A stretch of 64,000 nucleotides of DNA from Vitrella brassicaformis CCMP3155. Taxonomy: Eukaryota; Protista; Chromerida. The DNA lies in the NCBI GenBank assembly GCA_001179505.1, contig CDMY01000227.1:434001-498000 (forward strand), read 5' to 3'. Positions 38,989 through 51,587 of the stretch are shown piece after piece (positions within the stretch are counted from its first letter, which is position 1; every line of letters begins with the position of its first letter). The notes beneath the pieces were generated by a model, which saw only the letters and a program-made list of their open reading frames with translations, was not told where the DNA came from and did not search any database. The position numbers and the translations under genes are program-made.

Positions 38989-41533
38989 TACGCCACACCA
39001 TCTGTGGTTGGTTCGCCCGCCCAAGACTATCCGCATGATATGCATCGAGCTGACACTCCTGCTCACACAGCTGGCGACGAAGCGCTTGAACACATGATCA
39101 AGAGGCCGTCCGGCGACACGATCAGCCCCGGCAACACGAAAGAAGAGGATGTGCAGCCACAACTATCTGACGGAGCTGAGGGCCACCATGAATCTGCTCT
39201 CAGAACGGACACGCAGATCTTCATTGACTTCAGCAACCAAGACATTTGCACGCCCCCGCCATGCAACCAGGGGATACAGCCAAAAGAGCTCAGTAGAGGG
39301 GACGAACATTCCGCAGTGCCGCATCTCAATAAGGTCGAGACACACAGCAACGATGCGCTATTGAGCCACCAAAGCACCGTCACGGAGCGAGCCAAGCAGC
39401 AATCAGGACACACAGCACATTCGACAACCCTTCAGGACATGGGCGAGGAGCCGTCACTGAGGCCGGAGGAGATGAAGATTCGCGAAATGAAGCGGGAATT
39501 CGGAATGGCCGCCGGTAGCCACGAAGCACAGAAAAGGGCAGCAAAGAAAAGGATTGGTTTGTTGACCCCCATGTCTCTCTCCTGTGTCTTGCAGGCTATG
39601 CGGCGGCCTTCGAGGAGGCCCCATCCACCCCTGTATACCCGACGGGGAAGGGGTAGCGTCTGGTGGGGGCCCGGTTCTCCCCTGAGCCCTTCGCGCGCTC
39701 TTTAAAGCGGGTCACCAGAGTCGTCCTTTGCCAGCTCCTGTCTGCTCTCGTTCTGGCTCTTCTGTGGGTCGGGATCCTCTGGCTATACTGGCTGGTGTGC
39801 GAGTCTGACGATGCGGCAGTGGGGGTCGCCTCCGACATTGTGAGATACGCGGCCAATGGTGTTGGGCTGGTGATGTGGTTTCTCCTCATTGCGGAAGGCA
39901 TGTCTCTCAGCAAAATGCTTCGGCTGTTCCGCTCTGTGTGGGCATACTTTGCTTTACCATTGGCAACCACCACCTTTCTCTATCCAATAATGCACATTGC
40001 GAAGCTGGAGAAGTACACTAGGATCCTCGTGAGCTTCGACCTGATCTGTTGGGCGACGATCACTCCTATGGGGGTGTTTTGGGCGGCATCTGAGAAGAGC
40101 AAGAGAAGAGTCATGTACACTGCCCAGATGGTCTTCATCCTACTCGTAACTGTGGCTGCTGTAAGCCTTTGGGTCCTCCACTTCTTCCCGCTGTAAGCGT
40201 TTGGTGAGGGATGACATGGATGCCCCGATGAAAGGAAAGGAAGAGTGTCTTCTTTGCGGTGTCTGTTCAGAGGGGAGAAAGCCTCAACAGACAGCGAGAG
40301 GGCACAGGTGGCATTCGCGTGTCTGTTATGCTGTCTGCCCTTGATGGCCTTGGCCACAGGAACTACAAGAAGGATGACAGACGGTCACCCACTGCGAACT
40401 ATCCTGTTATCTACTTCGCCGCACTAGGCTGCCTTCTCGTGCCCCGTATCATGCAGGCACAGATATAGGAGACACGCACACCAACCAACCAAGACAGACA
40501 CACAGCCGAAACAGACGGACAGACACACACCGTGTGTGTCATTGACAGGCCGAGATGGTGAGCCTCAGCAGCAAGATCGCGTCCTCTCTGGTATTCGCCC
40601 TCTACGATCTCCTCGGCGACCTGGCAGTGCCCTACGTCGATGCCCTTCGATTCAACCTCCGTCGCTCATTTGCGTTTCTCCGTCGCTCATCCACCCGGCA
40701 CCGATCAACGAGGAGAACTCAAGAGACACCGACAGGGAGCAGTACTAAGAAGCCCCATATGGACAGTACCCGCGTCCCCCTACATGTCTCGCAGTCGCGC
40801 AGCAGCACGTGTGGCGAGCAAGGAGGAGGCAAGCGTATCCCCCAGTTTTCAGCAGGGACTCTCTCAGAGAAGCCTGAAGACCCTCTCCTCTTTGACGTCA
40901 GTCCTCGACCTGCACTCCACGTTCGTCGCCTACGACTACCGACCCAGATACCTACGCGCCTTGTCCGACCAGATCCACGCCTACAATTTGGCCGAGAGCC
41001 TGATACTGCTCTTCATCAACCTCTCGCTGATCGCCGTGGACCAGTTTGTGGACCCTTCCTTGTCTGGCTTGGCTGAGAGACTCGGGGGCTGGTGTCTGCT
41101 GGTCGCCATCGAGATGGCATGCGAGATAGTCCTCTTCATGGTAACACCAAAAGCAGACCAAGCAAGGAAAGCGGCTTCGTGTCTCTGTGTCACTCTGTCT
41201 GTGTGTATCGTGCGTGTCTCAAGATCTCTGTGCGGCTGCACAACTTGCCCATCGTCCGCAGTGAGCATGAGCCTGGCGCCCTGGCGTTCAGGCTGGTGTC
41301 TTTGCTCTGGTGCGTACGCACGCACACCAAACAACACGCCCAGTCACGTCAGGCACATATACACACACACACACACTGCCATCCTGCCTGTCCCTCTCAG
41401 TGCCTCCGTGGCTTTGTTACTCGGATTTCTGCCATCGGTCTTGCTGTTCACCTTAAGGGCGGCGAAGCCCGGCCAATACAGGGACTTGACCACTGCAAAG
41501 CTGTGTCCACATAGTTTCGCCTACTCTGTCTGA
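38989..41533 (+). pseudogene. Multi-pass membrane protein, copy A of a lineage-specific family; in-frame TAG and two frame breaks
   Basis: Aligns throughout to copy B (48916-51459). TAG at 39654-39656; frame change near 40400; second frame change within about 40680-40800. The true 5' end is uncertain. Confidence 0.7.
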
Positions 41534-42754
41534 CTGACCGACGGACGCGGAGATGCGATTGAGCAGGACCATCATGCAAGGCCCGGATAGAGGCCATTTC
41601 ATTGAAGGGTGTCAGGCCTTATAAGTGCACAAAGAGCTTTACGAGCAGGGCATGTGTGGTCAGAAAGCGACAGAAGACGGACATTAATCAATGCACACAT
41701 AGAGAAGAGCTTACACGAATGAGATCTGCTGCCTCATACAAAAGTGTACACACCAAGTCTTCATGTCTGTGCGGGTAGAAGAAGGCGGCAGACACCACGG
41801 CAGTGGTCCCTACCGGGCAAACACGCGACAATGTGTGACTCATAGTGTGAGAATGTATCTGCAGCGGCGCAGGGAATCACGCGCGTGGGTTGCGCGTGGG
41901 CGCACTCGTTCTGGTGCCTCGATCTCGGCCGGTAAGAGGGGAAACTACACTGATCAATGCATGTCTTCATCTGGGTGTCACGTGTTGTTTGCTCGTTGCA
42001 GGATGCGCTTAAGAGGCTGAGAGATCTCGCGCTCCGCTATGCACTTGATATTGCACCCAAGTGTTATGTCTCCTTTCCCTTACATATATGTCACCCCGTG
42101 GAGAGCAAGTTTGAGTGACCCTGCGTCGTGTCGCCTCACCAATGGAGGCCGTCGCAATGACAACGAAGACGAGAAGCGCAGCCATTATGATTGTGGCAAT
42201 GCGACGGGCGGCTCAACCCGAACAATCGAGCTGGGGGCAGCCCAATCGAGACGGGGAACCTGCCCCCAGCCCACAAATCCGGGACGATGCTTCGGATGAA
42301 TTCCACTACCCCGAAGCGGCTTCCTCCCTCGATGGATGGGTGCTTGCGGTTGCTTCGGCGCGCTCGCTGCTCACCTTGCCAGCCGTGAGTCCGTTCTGTC
42401 GGCACCTATCTAGCCATCGACGTGTGAATGGTGACCCCGGAGCGGGGGAAAAGAGACTGGTCTGAGGTGCGTCAATTGAGCATGACACCTTTCGTTGCAT
42501 GGCCGTTCAACAAACGATTTCTGACGCATCTAGCGCACATTCGCTGCACTGATGTGTCAAGCCAAGCCAAACCATGGAGACACTTCTTCTTCACATAGTC
42601 AGTCAGCTCGTCAGCTCTAGCCGTATGCACAACCACCTCCTCTCTCTTATCGCATCAGTCAATCAATCATCAGCATAGCCAACCGAACAAAATCCCCTCA
42701 ACTCAAACGAGGGGTTCAACCTACAACATCCATCGCTGTCTGCCCATCTATCTA

Positions 42755-45700
42755 TCAGCCCCCCTGTGACTCAGCCGAACTGGACAGCGGCGTCCGCAGG
42801 AACGGCGGTGCGGGTCCGTTGGTGCTCTCGAACTGCGCCCGGTCGGCGGGCGACGATCGGCTGGTGTATGGCGACGGCGCGGGGCTCTGTCGGCTGGCGG
42901 GTCGGATGGATGGGGGAGGGGGGCTGGTGGTCGCCAGCATGAGATCCTTCCGGGCCCAGTGGCGCGTCACCCAAGGAAAAAACGGCCTGCACAAAAACAG
43001 GGGGGTGGGTGCGTTAGGACAGGAAAAGGATGTTATGTTGTGGTTCTCCGTTGCGCTGCCCTGCTGTGCTGTGCTGTGCTGTGCTCACGTGACATTTTCT
43101 ACGAAATCCTGGGGCGCTTCCTCGTGCGGCAGATGGCCACACCGACCCACAAACACCAAGTGGTGGCGAACCTACAAAAAAGAAAGCACGGAGAAACGAG
43201 GGGCACTCGCGCGTCCGTCATGCCCTGATCCATAGGGGCGGGGGCTGCTAGCATGATACCTGGTGTTTGGCTAGCTCAGCTGATAGTGTCATGACCTCGC
43301 CCCTGGGCACGATGCGGTCCGCCTCGCCGTGCACTATCATCAGGGGCACGTCCATCGACTGACGTACCACGTCATGAGACACATACAGAGTCACTCAGAG
43401 AAAAAGAGAGTCATTCAGCCAGAGAGTCTGCTGTGTGTGCGTAGACATACCGTGAGTGAGTGTATGCGCTCGAAGACCTTGAGCGGCTTAGACTGACGAT
43501 TCAGCTCAAACAGCGCCGTTCCCCAATCCTTCAGCTGCACCACACACACACACACACACACCTCTGCCCCATCCATCCACCCACAGAGTGCATGTGGCTG
43601 GTTGGGCCGACCTGACCTGCATGGGTCGCTTGTATCCCTCTTGTATGGCCGGGGTGAGGTGTTTGAGGTCGCTCCAGGCCTTCTTGAGCATGAAGTCGCC
43701 CAACTCGCTACGCAGCATGCTCATCGTCAGCGACCGCCCTATCTTCGTGTTGAACACGCTCTTGACAAACTGCGGCACGCCCTCGGTGTACACGGCCGGC
43801 GATATCAGGATGAGCCCCTTGATGCGCTCGGGGCACCGCAGCAGACACTCCAACGCTATCGCAGCACCGGCCGAACACCCCACCAGTATCACAGGCATCT
43901 GCTTCCCCCCTCCCTCTCCCTCTCCCCCATTGCCCCTCTCGTCGTAGGGCGGGTAGCTCTGGGGCGGCACTGCTACTGCGGCAGGGGACGTGTCATTGGC
44001 TGCTGGCCGGGCGGACGGCGGTGCGGTGGCCGTGGTGGTTGTGGCGGGTGGGGGTGGTGAGCCGCCGGATGTGCTGCGTGGGGAGTCGAGCGGGGAGGGG
44101 GACATGGCACTGATGTTTGGCAGGGTCTCCTGACTGAAGAGGTGGGCCAGGGCGATCGTCAGCTCGACGGCGTACTGCTCGGTGTACGGGCTGTACTCTT
44201 GCTGCACACAGACGCAATCAAGGGGGGAGGGAACGAAGACACGCATGAGATGAGTGCTGGTGCAGTTGTCAGCCCACGGTGTGTACCTCTGGCTTGTGCG
44301 GCAGTGTCGTCGTGGTGTCTGCGGGCGGCCGGGACGTGAACCCGTGCGCTACACTGAAACATACAGCAGGCAACGGTTAGGGGTGAGGTAGATAGAGGGT
44401 CACACAACCACCAGCAAGAGGGCTGAGGTTCGTTGTATCACCTACCGATCGAAGGCGACGACTCGTCCGAACTCCGACAGCGGCTGCAAGACGTGGCGCC
44501 AGGTGAATGTGGACGCGCCGAAGTGATGCAGCAGCAGGATGAGGAACTTGTCCGCCGTTGGAGGTGTCCTTGGCGGGTACGTGGCGGACTCCCCGCCCCC
44601 AGCACTAGCACCGCCCACCTCACCCTCACATATCTTGTAATGCACCTTCACCTGGCACACACACACACACCAAATGGATGTGCAAACAACCGCATTCTCT
44701 TTCTCTCTCTCTCTTTCTCCCTACCTGTCCGATCTTCAGGTAGTGTGAGTCTGGGTCAGGGTAGTTGGGCGCACCCGACACGGACCCCTGATGCGAGTTG
44801 GGAGTCGCTGCTGCTGGGGGTGGCGGCTGTGGGACGGCCGTCTCGGGCGCCGAGCCCTCAGAGGCCGCGTCGACACGAATGGCAGGTGCTAGCGATGGGA
44901 AGGGCGGCTGTGCGGGGACCGGGAAGCCATTCCTGCGATCGTCATACGGCGCCTTCGCCAGCAGGGGCTGGTCCACCTGGGCGGTGGCGGACGCGGCCTG
45001 CAAAGGCTCTGACGCAGCACCCTCCTGGTCGTGAAAAAGGGACGTCTGACAGAACACCACAGACCCAACCACGCCCGCATTCACCACACCATGTGGAGTG
45101 ATCATGCCCTCTCTCGCTCAGCGCCTTAACGGACCCTGAATGATGATTCGGTGCCGGCGACATCCCTTGCGTGTGCGTGCAGCAGGAAGGTCCGGTCGTG
45201 CCACCAGAGTTTGCGCTTCCTCCTGCGCTCCTCGGAGACCCAGATGGCGCCGAACTCGAGGCAGATGAGGAGTGTCTGGCAGGTGAGGAAGACCATGTAC
45301 ATGGCGTCGGTGTAGTTGAAGACGTACTTGAAGATCGCCACCACCTGACCCCGGGCACCACCCGGTGATTCCACACAAGTACGAGACAGTGAGAGGGATG
45401 TGTTGGTCGGTGTGTTACCAGGGACAAAATCGTCACGATGCCCACCGACAGCTCCACGGCTATCCCCTGGCTGCGGCGGTAGTGGAAGGCGATGTTCAAG
45501 ACCATGATGCGAACGACCGACATGATCAGCAAATCCAACACTGACACACGCACACACACACAACATAATGCTTATGCTGTGCGCCTGAACGGCCCCTTTG
45601 ATGCCCTGCCCATGCCCCTGACCAGTCTTAGAGCTTATTTCCCAGGCCGGGAAGAGAACGGATGCCCGTGTCAGGACCGACACCGTCAGGATGAGGTCGA

Positions 45701-45797
45701 TGATGGAGAGCACCACGGGGAGCCGCAGGGATACGAAGTAGCAGCAGCACTGACCCACGAACCAGCTCGTGTAGCAGCAGCTGATGCACTGGCCCAT
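42755..45797 (-). CDS. Alpha/beta-fold hydrolase with an N-terminal multi-TM region
   Basis: LILLHHFGASTFTW, VVAFDR, nucleophile elbow GCSAG, acid VHGEADRIVP, His CGHLPHEE; four hydrophobic N-terminal helices; all introns GT-AG in frame. Confidence 0.9.
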
Positions 45798-45939
45798 CGC
45801 AGCGACGGCTTTCTGAAACGCTGCAACCAGGACTTGCTCAAGAGAGCAACCTTGCTGCCAGCTTAAGCTCCCTTTCCCTTGATGATTGTGGTCTTTGAAT
45901 TTCTCTTCCGCTTCCCTTCTCCCCTCTTCCCTTTCCTTT

Positions 45940-45948
45940 GAGCTCGCA
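45940..45948 (-). promoter_or_regulatory. TGCGAGCTC putative promoter element (hydrolase / helicase pair)
   Basis: gagctcgca on the + strand, in the 200-bp spacer. Confidence 0.55.
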
Positions 45949-45997
45949 AAGAAGAAGGCGTACCTTTTGAGCGTTTCAGCATCAGCGCCTAGGGAGA

Positions 45998-48431
45998 ATG
46001 GAGACGAATCAAGATGTGAATGGATCCATTGAAGATGCTGCAGCTAGAGATGCTGCAGCTACGGGTTTGCCGTCCTTCGATGATCTGTCCATCAGCGGTG
46101 AGCTCCAGGAGGGCCTTCGCCACCTCGATGTGACACTGCCGGCAGCCATACAGCGGCGAGCAGTTCCCGAAGGCCTCAGACGCAAGAGTGAGCGTAAGCC
46201 ACGGCATGGGTGAATGAACCCATCCTATCATAGGCTGTGTATGCCGTGTTGATCTATCAAGATCTGATCATCCAAGCAGATTCTGGCAGCGGCAAGACGA
46301 TTGCCTTCCTTCTGGTGGCCCTGCAGAACTTCCTCAATGACAGGAGCACCGACCCCGCCCTCACCTCCCCCTCCCCCTCCCGCCCCTTCGGTGCGATAGT
46401 TGGTCCGACGCGTGAAGTGGCGCTACAGTTATCTGACATCATGCAGAGGCTCACATGGCTCATCAAACCGGTCAGTGGCTGGCTGGCTACAAGGCTGATG
46501 AGGCAGGCTGTGCATGAGGCGGGGATGTTTTGTTGTTCAGCGCCCTGTGGTTGTTGGATTGTTGGGCGGCGTGCCTCTCCACCTGGAGGCTGCGAAAATG
46601 CCCACAGACGGACCTGTGGATTTTGTCGTGGCGACACCAGGTGAGCAGCGCTGGACAGGCGGGCCTCAGACCTCCTCCAATGTTTTGGTTCGGTTCATCA
46701 GGCAAGTTGCTGGAGGTCCTTGGTCGTGACATGCTGCGCTTTGACGAGCTGAGGGTGCTGGTGTTGGATGAGGCGGACAGGCTGTTGGACCACGAGATGA
46801 GAGCACACATACGGTGACATACAAACCAACGAAGAACACCGATCATCTCTGATAGATGCCTTCTTCCCCCGTGCCCATCTGTCTGCATACCACCCAGTCA
46901 TTTGCTGGAGCACTGCTGGCGGGACGAGTCCCTTCAGATCCTCATCGCCTCAGCGACACTCCACGCGCCGACAGTGACTGTCCTCGAGAGGATCATCGAA
47001 GGCGTCGCCGCCCTGCGAGGCATCCCGCCAGAGCACTTCAGCATCGAGTTCACGCGAGTCCTCGACTGCTCCATCGGACCCACCCAGATCGAAGATGCCG
47101 CCCTCACCACTGTACCCGATGACAGTCGGACGGTCGTGTGCTCTCCCTATCTGCTCAACGGGACGAGACGAGCAGAGGATACCAGCGACGAGTGCCCCTT
47201 GGCCGTCAGTGAGTGGAGTGTGAGTGACGATGGCGGCAATCGGAGAGCGCCGGCGAGCGTTGGCCTGTCCATCGGGGTCCCTCAAGGTGAGGAAAACACA
47301 TTGGAAACACGCTCACATACACGCGCGTGCATGTTCGTCTCTGTGTGTCTGTGTGATGCAGGTGTCAAGTATTACAGGTGCGTGTGTGAAGACGCCGAGG
47401 ACGACTACGGCAAGGTGGCTGTGCTGATCGACCTGGTCTCCCGCTGGCCCTTCGTGCAGGCACTCATATTCTGCAACGACCACGCACTGTATGCGGCTCA
47501 CCCCACATAAGGCATACACACTGGTGACCTGGTCACATTTCCTGTCTTGCTCTCTGTCTCCCTTGGTCAGCGCATCTCTCGTGACCAACGAGCTGTCGAA
47601 GCTAGGGCTGCAAACAACGTACTCGAGGTAGCCGACGCAGACCTGCATCGTGTTGCAAAGTGCATGGGAGATGTGTGATGTGTTGGTGTCCGCAGTGAGT
47701 GTCTGACGCAGCGTGAGCGGATGCACTCCTACCGCAAAGTCAAGACCCGCGAGTGCCGCGTGCTGGTCTGCTCTGACTTGGTGAGTGGCCCCAACACCAC
47801 CTCCCGCTCCTGTCTGGGTGCGGCTGAGGGATTGCGTGTCGTGCGTTCGTTCAGTTGGCTCGTGGCCTTGACTTCGAGGCTGTTGATCTCGTCGTCAACC
47901 TGGACCTGCCAGAGGTGTGCATGTATTTGCCAGGCACACACGAATGGATGGACATCCTGCTGTCTGTATGTCTGGCTGTCTGTCTGTCTGTCTGTCTGTC
48001 CGCAGAGCAAGGAGATCTTCCTGCACCGCTCCGGACGCGCTGGCCGATTCGGTACCGTCTGCCGTGCTGTCTCGCTTCGATCATTGCCCTTGTGCGTCTG
48101 TGTGACACCTGTGTGTCGTGCAGGTCGTGGCGGCAAATGCGTGTCTCTGATAACGCCCGACGAGGCGGCCAGCCTGCTATATTTCGAGAGGCAGCTGGGC
48201 ATGCAAAGCCACACCGTCGCCAGCAACAATGACGCATCGGAACCTCCGTCCGAGCAACAGCTGTTTTCTTTGCCTTTTGCCCCCTACCTGCCGCTCCTCG
48301 TGGCCGAGTCGCCAGCAGCCCTTGTTGATAGTGTGGCTTGTTGTGCAAGTGATGGCGGCTGTGAGGGGATGATGGGGGATGTGTGGGCGATGCATCGGGC
48401 AGTGTGGGGACAGGGACAGCGGGTGAGATGA
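45998..48431 (+). CDS. DEAD-box RNA helicase, DDX20/Gemin3-like
   Basis: Q motif (AIQRRAVP), ADSGSGKT, PTREVA, VATPG, LVLDEAD, SAT, PFVQALIFCN (FxQAL as in DDX20), ARGLD, HRSGRAGRFG. The 3' end is approximate. Confidence 0.85.
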
Positions 48432-48915
48432 TGCAACAGACCACATTGACTTGACGTGGCTGGCCGACATGTGAGAATGAATAGCATGGACCGATGCAAA
48501 TGTGAATTGAGGTGCTGCGCATGGGAGGATCGATGGCGTGTGTCCATTGGCAAAAAGTGCCGCTTATCTCAGCTGCCATAACAAACGCTCACACGTCACG
48601 TAGACAAAGACAAACGAAGAAGACAAAGAGCCCCCCCGGTCTCGAAGAATACTTCAATGAGAACCATTATCAGCAAGCCGACAAATGAATGAATGAATGA
48701 ATGATCCAACCAACCAACCAGCCAACCATCCATCCGTCCATGCGTAAGGGATACAGAGTAGGGAAGACGACCAGACTGTGTATTGACTTATGTTGCAACC
48801 GTCGGCATTGCCCCCTATATATTCAAATGCATGCATTGCCATCACCTATGCGTATCTCAACCAATCAGATACACATCATCCATACAGCGGCACAGCGCAA
48901 TCTTCCTCGCTCAGC

Positions 48916-51459
48916 TCACCACAAGTCGAGCAGTATCGAATGATGTGGGCACCACTCTCGCGTGTTGATCTGCCCGTACCTCTCACTATCGACTGCATTC
49001 AACAAAAAGAGCACCGCATATGGCGCAGCGCGAAGAACGATGATTCCGCCTCCAAGGAGCAAGGCTAGTAAGTGCATCTTGATAACGCCGGGCTCCTCCG
49101 TTGCCTAAGAAAGAGGAGCACATGATTCCATGTCTCTTTGTCTCGATCCATTCGTCTCTCTGTCTGTCTCTCTGTCTGCCTTCTATATGGTATGTGGCTT
49201 CTTTCAGTGTGGGGAGTGATTTATTTTGATGCTTTGACTGACCCGGCAAACAGGCAAGTTGAAGACGCGAACGAACACAGAAAAAGCACCCCCTCTAACG
49301 ACACTTCGACCAGAACCATCACCAGCAAGCCGACCAACCTCTCAATAAGGTGATCGACCGAGGGCGATAGAATTTGGCTGAGAGTGGTCTTGAACAGGTT
49401 TGAGAGCATCAAACTTGTCAGTTCGACCAACCCATACAGGTAAACCTGCTGCATCATCAACGAGCCCCAGAAAAAAAAGAAAAAGAAAAGATGAGGAGAC
49501 GCAGGTCCTCTGGTCTCTTTCACTCACGTCACTGAGCCGCCGCACACTCGTCGGGTGGTATTGAAATTGTACGATCTGCGTTTGTAGGTCTAGAATTGTA
49601 CTCAGAGACCTCCTGAGCGATGCCCGGCTCCAAAAACTGCCGGAGCTGCCGCGACTCTGATTCATTGATGCTCGAATAGAGCGGTGGCTAGGTGGTTCGG
49701 CCGGCTGTTTGTCGTTGGTCGTTGCCTGGGTGTCCTCGGTAGTGATTGTAGAAGACATACGATGAGAGTGCTGGTCTCGCCCTCTCCTGCGCGCTTTACA
49801 TGAGGCCAAGAATCGTATCACGACTCTCTTGACATTGATGCCGATCAGAAGCCCTGCGAAAAGACAGATGCAGACAACATTCGGAGATTAACGTCTCTCA
49901 ACTGACTTGTCACCATAAGGTATCATCAAGTCGGTCACCAAATCGAAAAGCGCAAAGAACAGCGAGGACAGGACCTAGAAGACATGGCAATATATCGATG
50001 TGTCTCTTCCACTCAAGAAAGTGAACATCAGCTCTTTATTTTTGGCAGCGCGGGGGCACCTGAGAGGATAGGTTTTGCATTTTGGCTTGGACCATGCGCT
50101 GCCAGCACACACAGTGGAGAGCGGCGTGATTGTGCATCCCCTTGTCTGTGCCAGGAGAGGTTTCGCAGCTTACGGGGAAAAACACGTAGCTCACGGCCAG
50201 ATAGGCCATTGCTGGAGCCGTCTGTAGTGCAGGACCATCTTGAAGCCCACGGACTGTCGCAGTGACTGAAAAAAGAAAAACTCTTTAAATACGTAAACAG
50301 CACTGCGACGGTTTACCTAGTGCGATGACCGGCCACAGTCCGATCAAAAAGCTAAAAGCGATACGCGTCTTCTCGCGATCCGTCCCTGACTCTGCCGCTC
50401 TTGCGGCAGCAGGCATACTGTAAAACATGCATACACAGCAAGCCCATAAAAAACTTCTCATGATGAATGACTGATGCTCAGTGCGCAATCACCGACAAGT
50501 AGAGACGTGATATGACATGAGCGAAGGCCATTACAGAAGTAATAACACAAATCTGGAGCACATAAAGCCGCTTCCTCTTGACCATAGTCGATGTCAGAGC
50601 GACTTGACGAAAGAGCCTGAAGCGATTAGAGATAAGTTGAATACTGAGCAGCGGCTACGTATTTTGCCTACAGCAAGGGCAGCAGAAACCCAACAAAGGA
50701 GATCATGACAAAACCGAAAACATGGCGATAGGGCGGTGGGACTTCCAGGTGGTGAACCAGAGATACGGCAAGATAATAAACGAAGCCAGGAGCCAAGAAA
50801 TACCACGACGTTCTCAAGCGCCGGAAAGCCCCAGCAATGCTGCCCTCTGTCACCAGGAGAATCATAGCGATATAACACATACCTACAAGCATCCGCCGAG
50901 CCACATCAATAACGATCCACGTTGCCTTAACAGTGATGCCCTCGCACGCCCGCCAATATGCCAGGAAAACCAAAGCCCAGAGCGATGCAACGGCCGCAGC
51001 AATCCCGACCTGGAACAACAGAACGCGAGCAACTCTTCTCAGGGTCTTCGAAAAAGGCAGAGGCTTGAAGGCAACACCGATGAAGGATCCGCCCTCATAA
51101 ACCACGGTTGTGTCGACCTCTTGAAAAGCCGCATTCGAGCCTGCACAGTGTCGAAACTCAGCCACCTGTGCCGCCAACTCCCGCTCCTCCCTCCGCAAAG
51201 CTCTTCCGTCTTCTTCTCCCGTCGCCCCGTCGTCATATCCATCTGCTGCAGGCAGGGCACAGCCTCCAATGGCGCCCGTGCTGTCGTCGCTGAGTGGCGT
51301 GACGTGCTGGTGCTGGCGATGCGGAGAGGTTGTACTCGTGGCCACCTCATTGCCGGAGTGACTGCATGCTCGTGGGGCGATGCCGATGTCTTCGGTGCTG
51401 ATGGTGATGTCGTTTGCGGGCGGAGATGCAGCATGGTTGACGTCATTGGACTCCATCAT
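48916..51459 (-). CDS. Multi-pass membrane protein, copy B of the same family; one 1-nt frameshift near 49273
   Basis: Eight exons join in frame except at 49273-49285. Shared blocks with copy A: AAFxE..VY, PF..xL.RV.RV, PRxxQAxMxxLSS, SSLxFALxDL, SxLDL, LSDQ, NLP..R, EPG, CPH. Confidence 0.7.
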
Positions 51460-51587
51460 CGCGGGTGGGGGCCAAGACTGGGGCGGGTTGGCGATCAGCG
51501 CGTTCTGTCGCGCAGACTCGGAGATCTGCGTAAGACCAAGAACCAGAAAGAGGTGAAGGCAAGCTTCGATACCATCTCTGAGGTGCC

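Noticed and set aside
32032-39656. Genome-wide reassignment of TAG to an amino acid
   Set aside because: TAG serves as the apparent terminal stop at 5418-5420 and 31709-31711, intact genes show no internal TAGs, and both affected genes also carry frameshifts.
39633-39656. 24-nt GT..AG micro-intron removing the TAG in copy A
   Set aside because: It would delete the VY residues conserved in copy B, and the acceptor context is purine-rich.
42115-42465. 116-aa ORF in the long spacer between copy A and the hydrolase
   Set aside because: No domain, no splice partners and no clear codon bias; it may be a gene remnant but cannot be supported.
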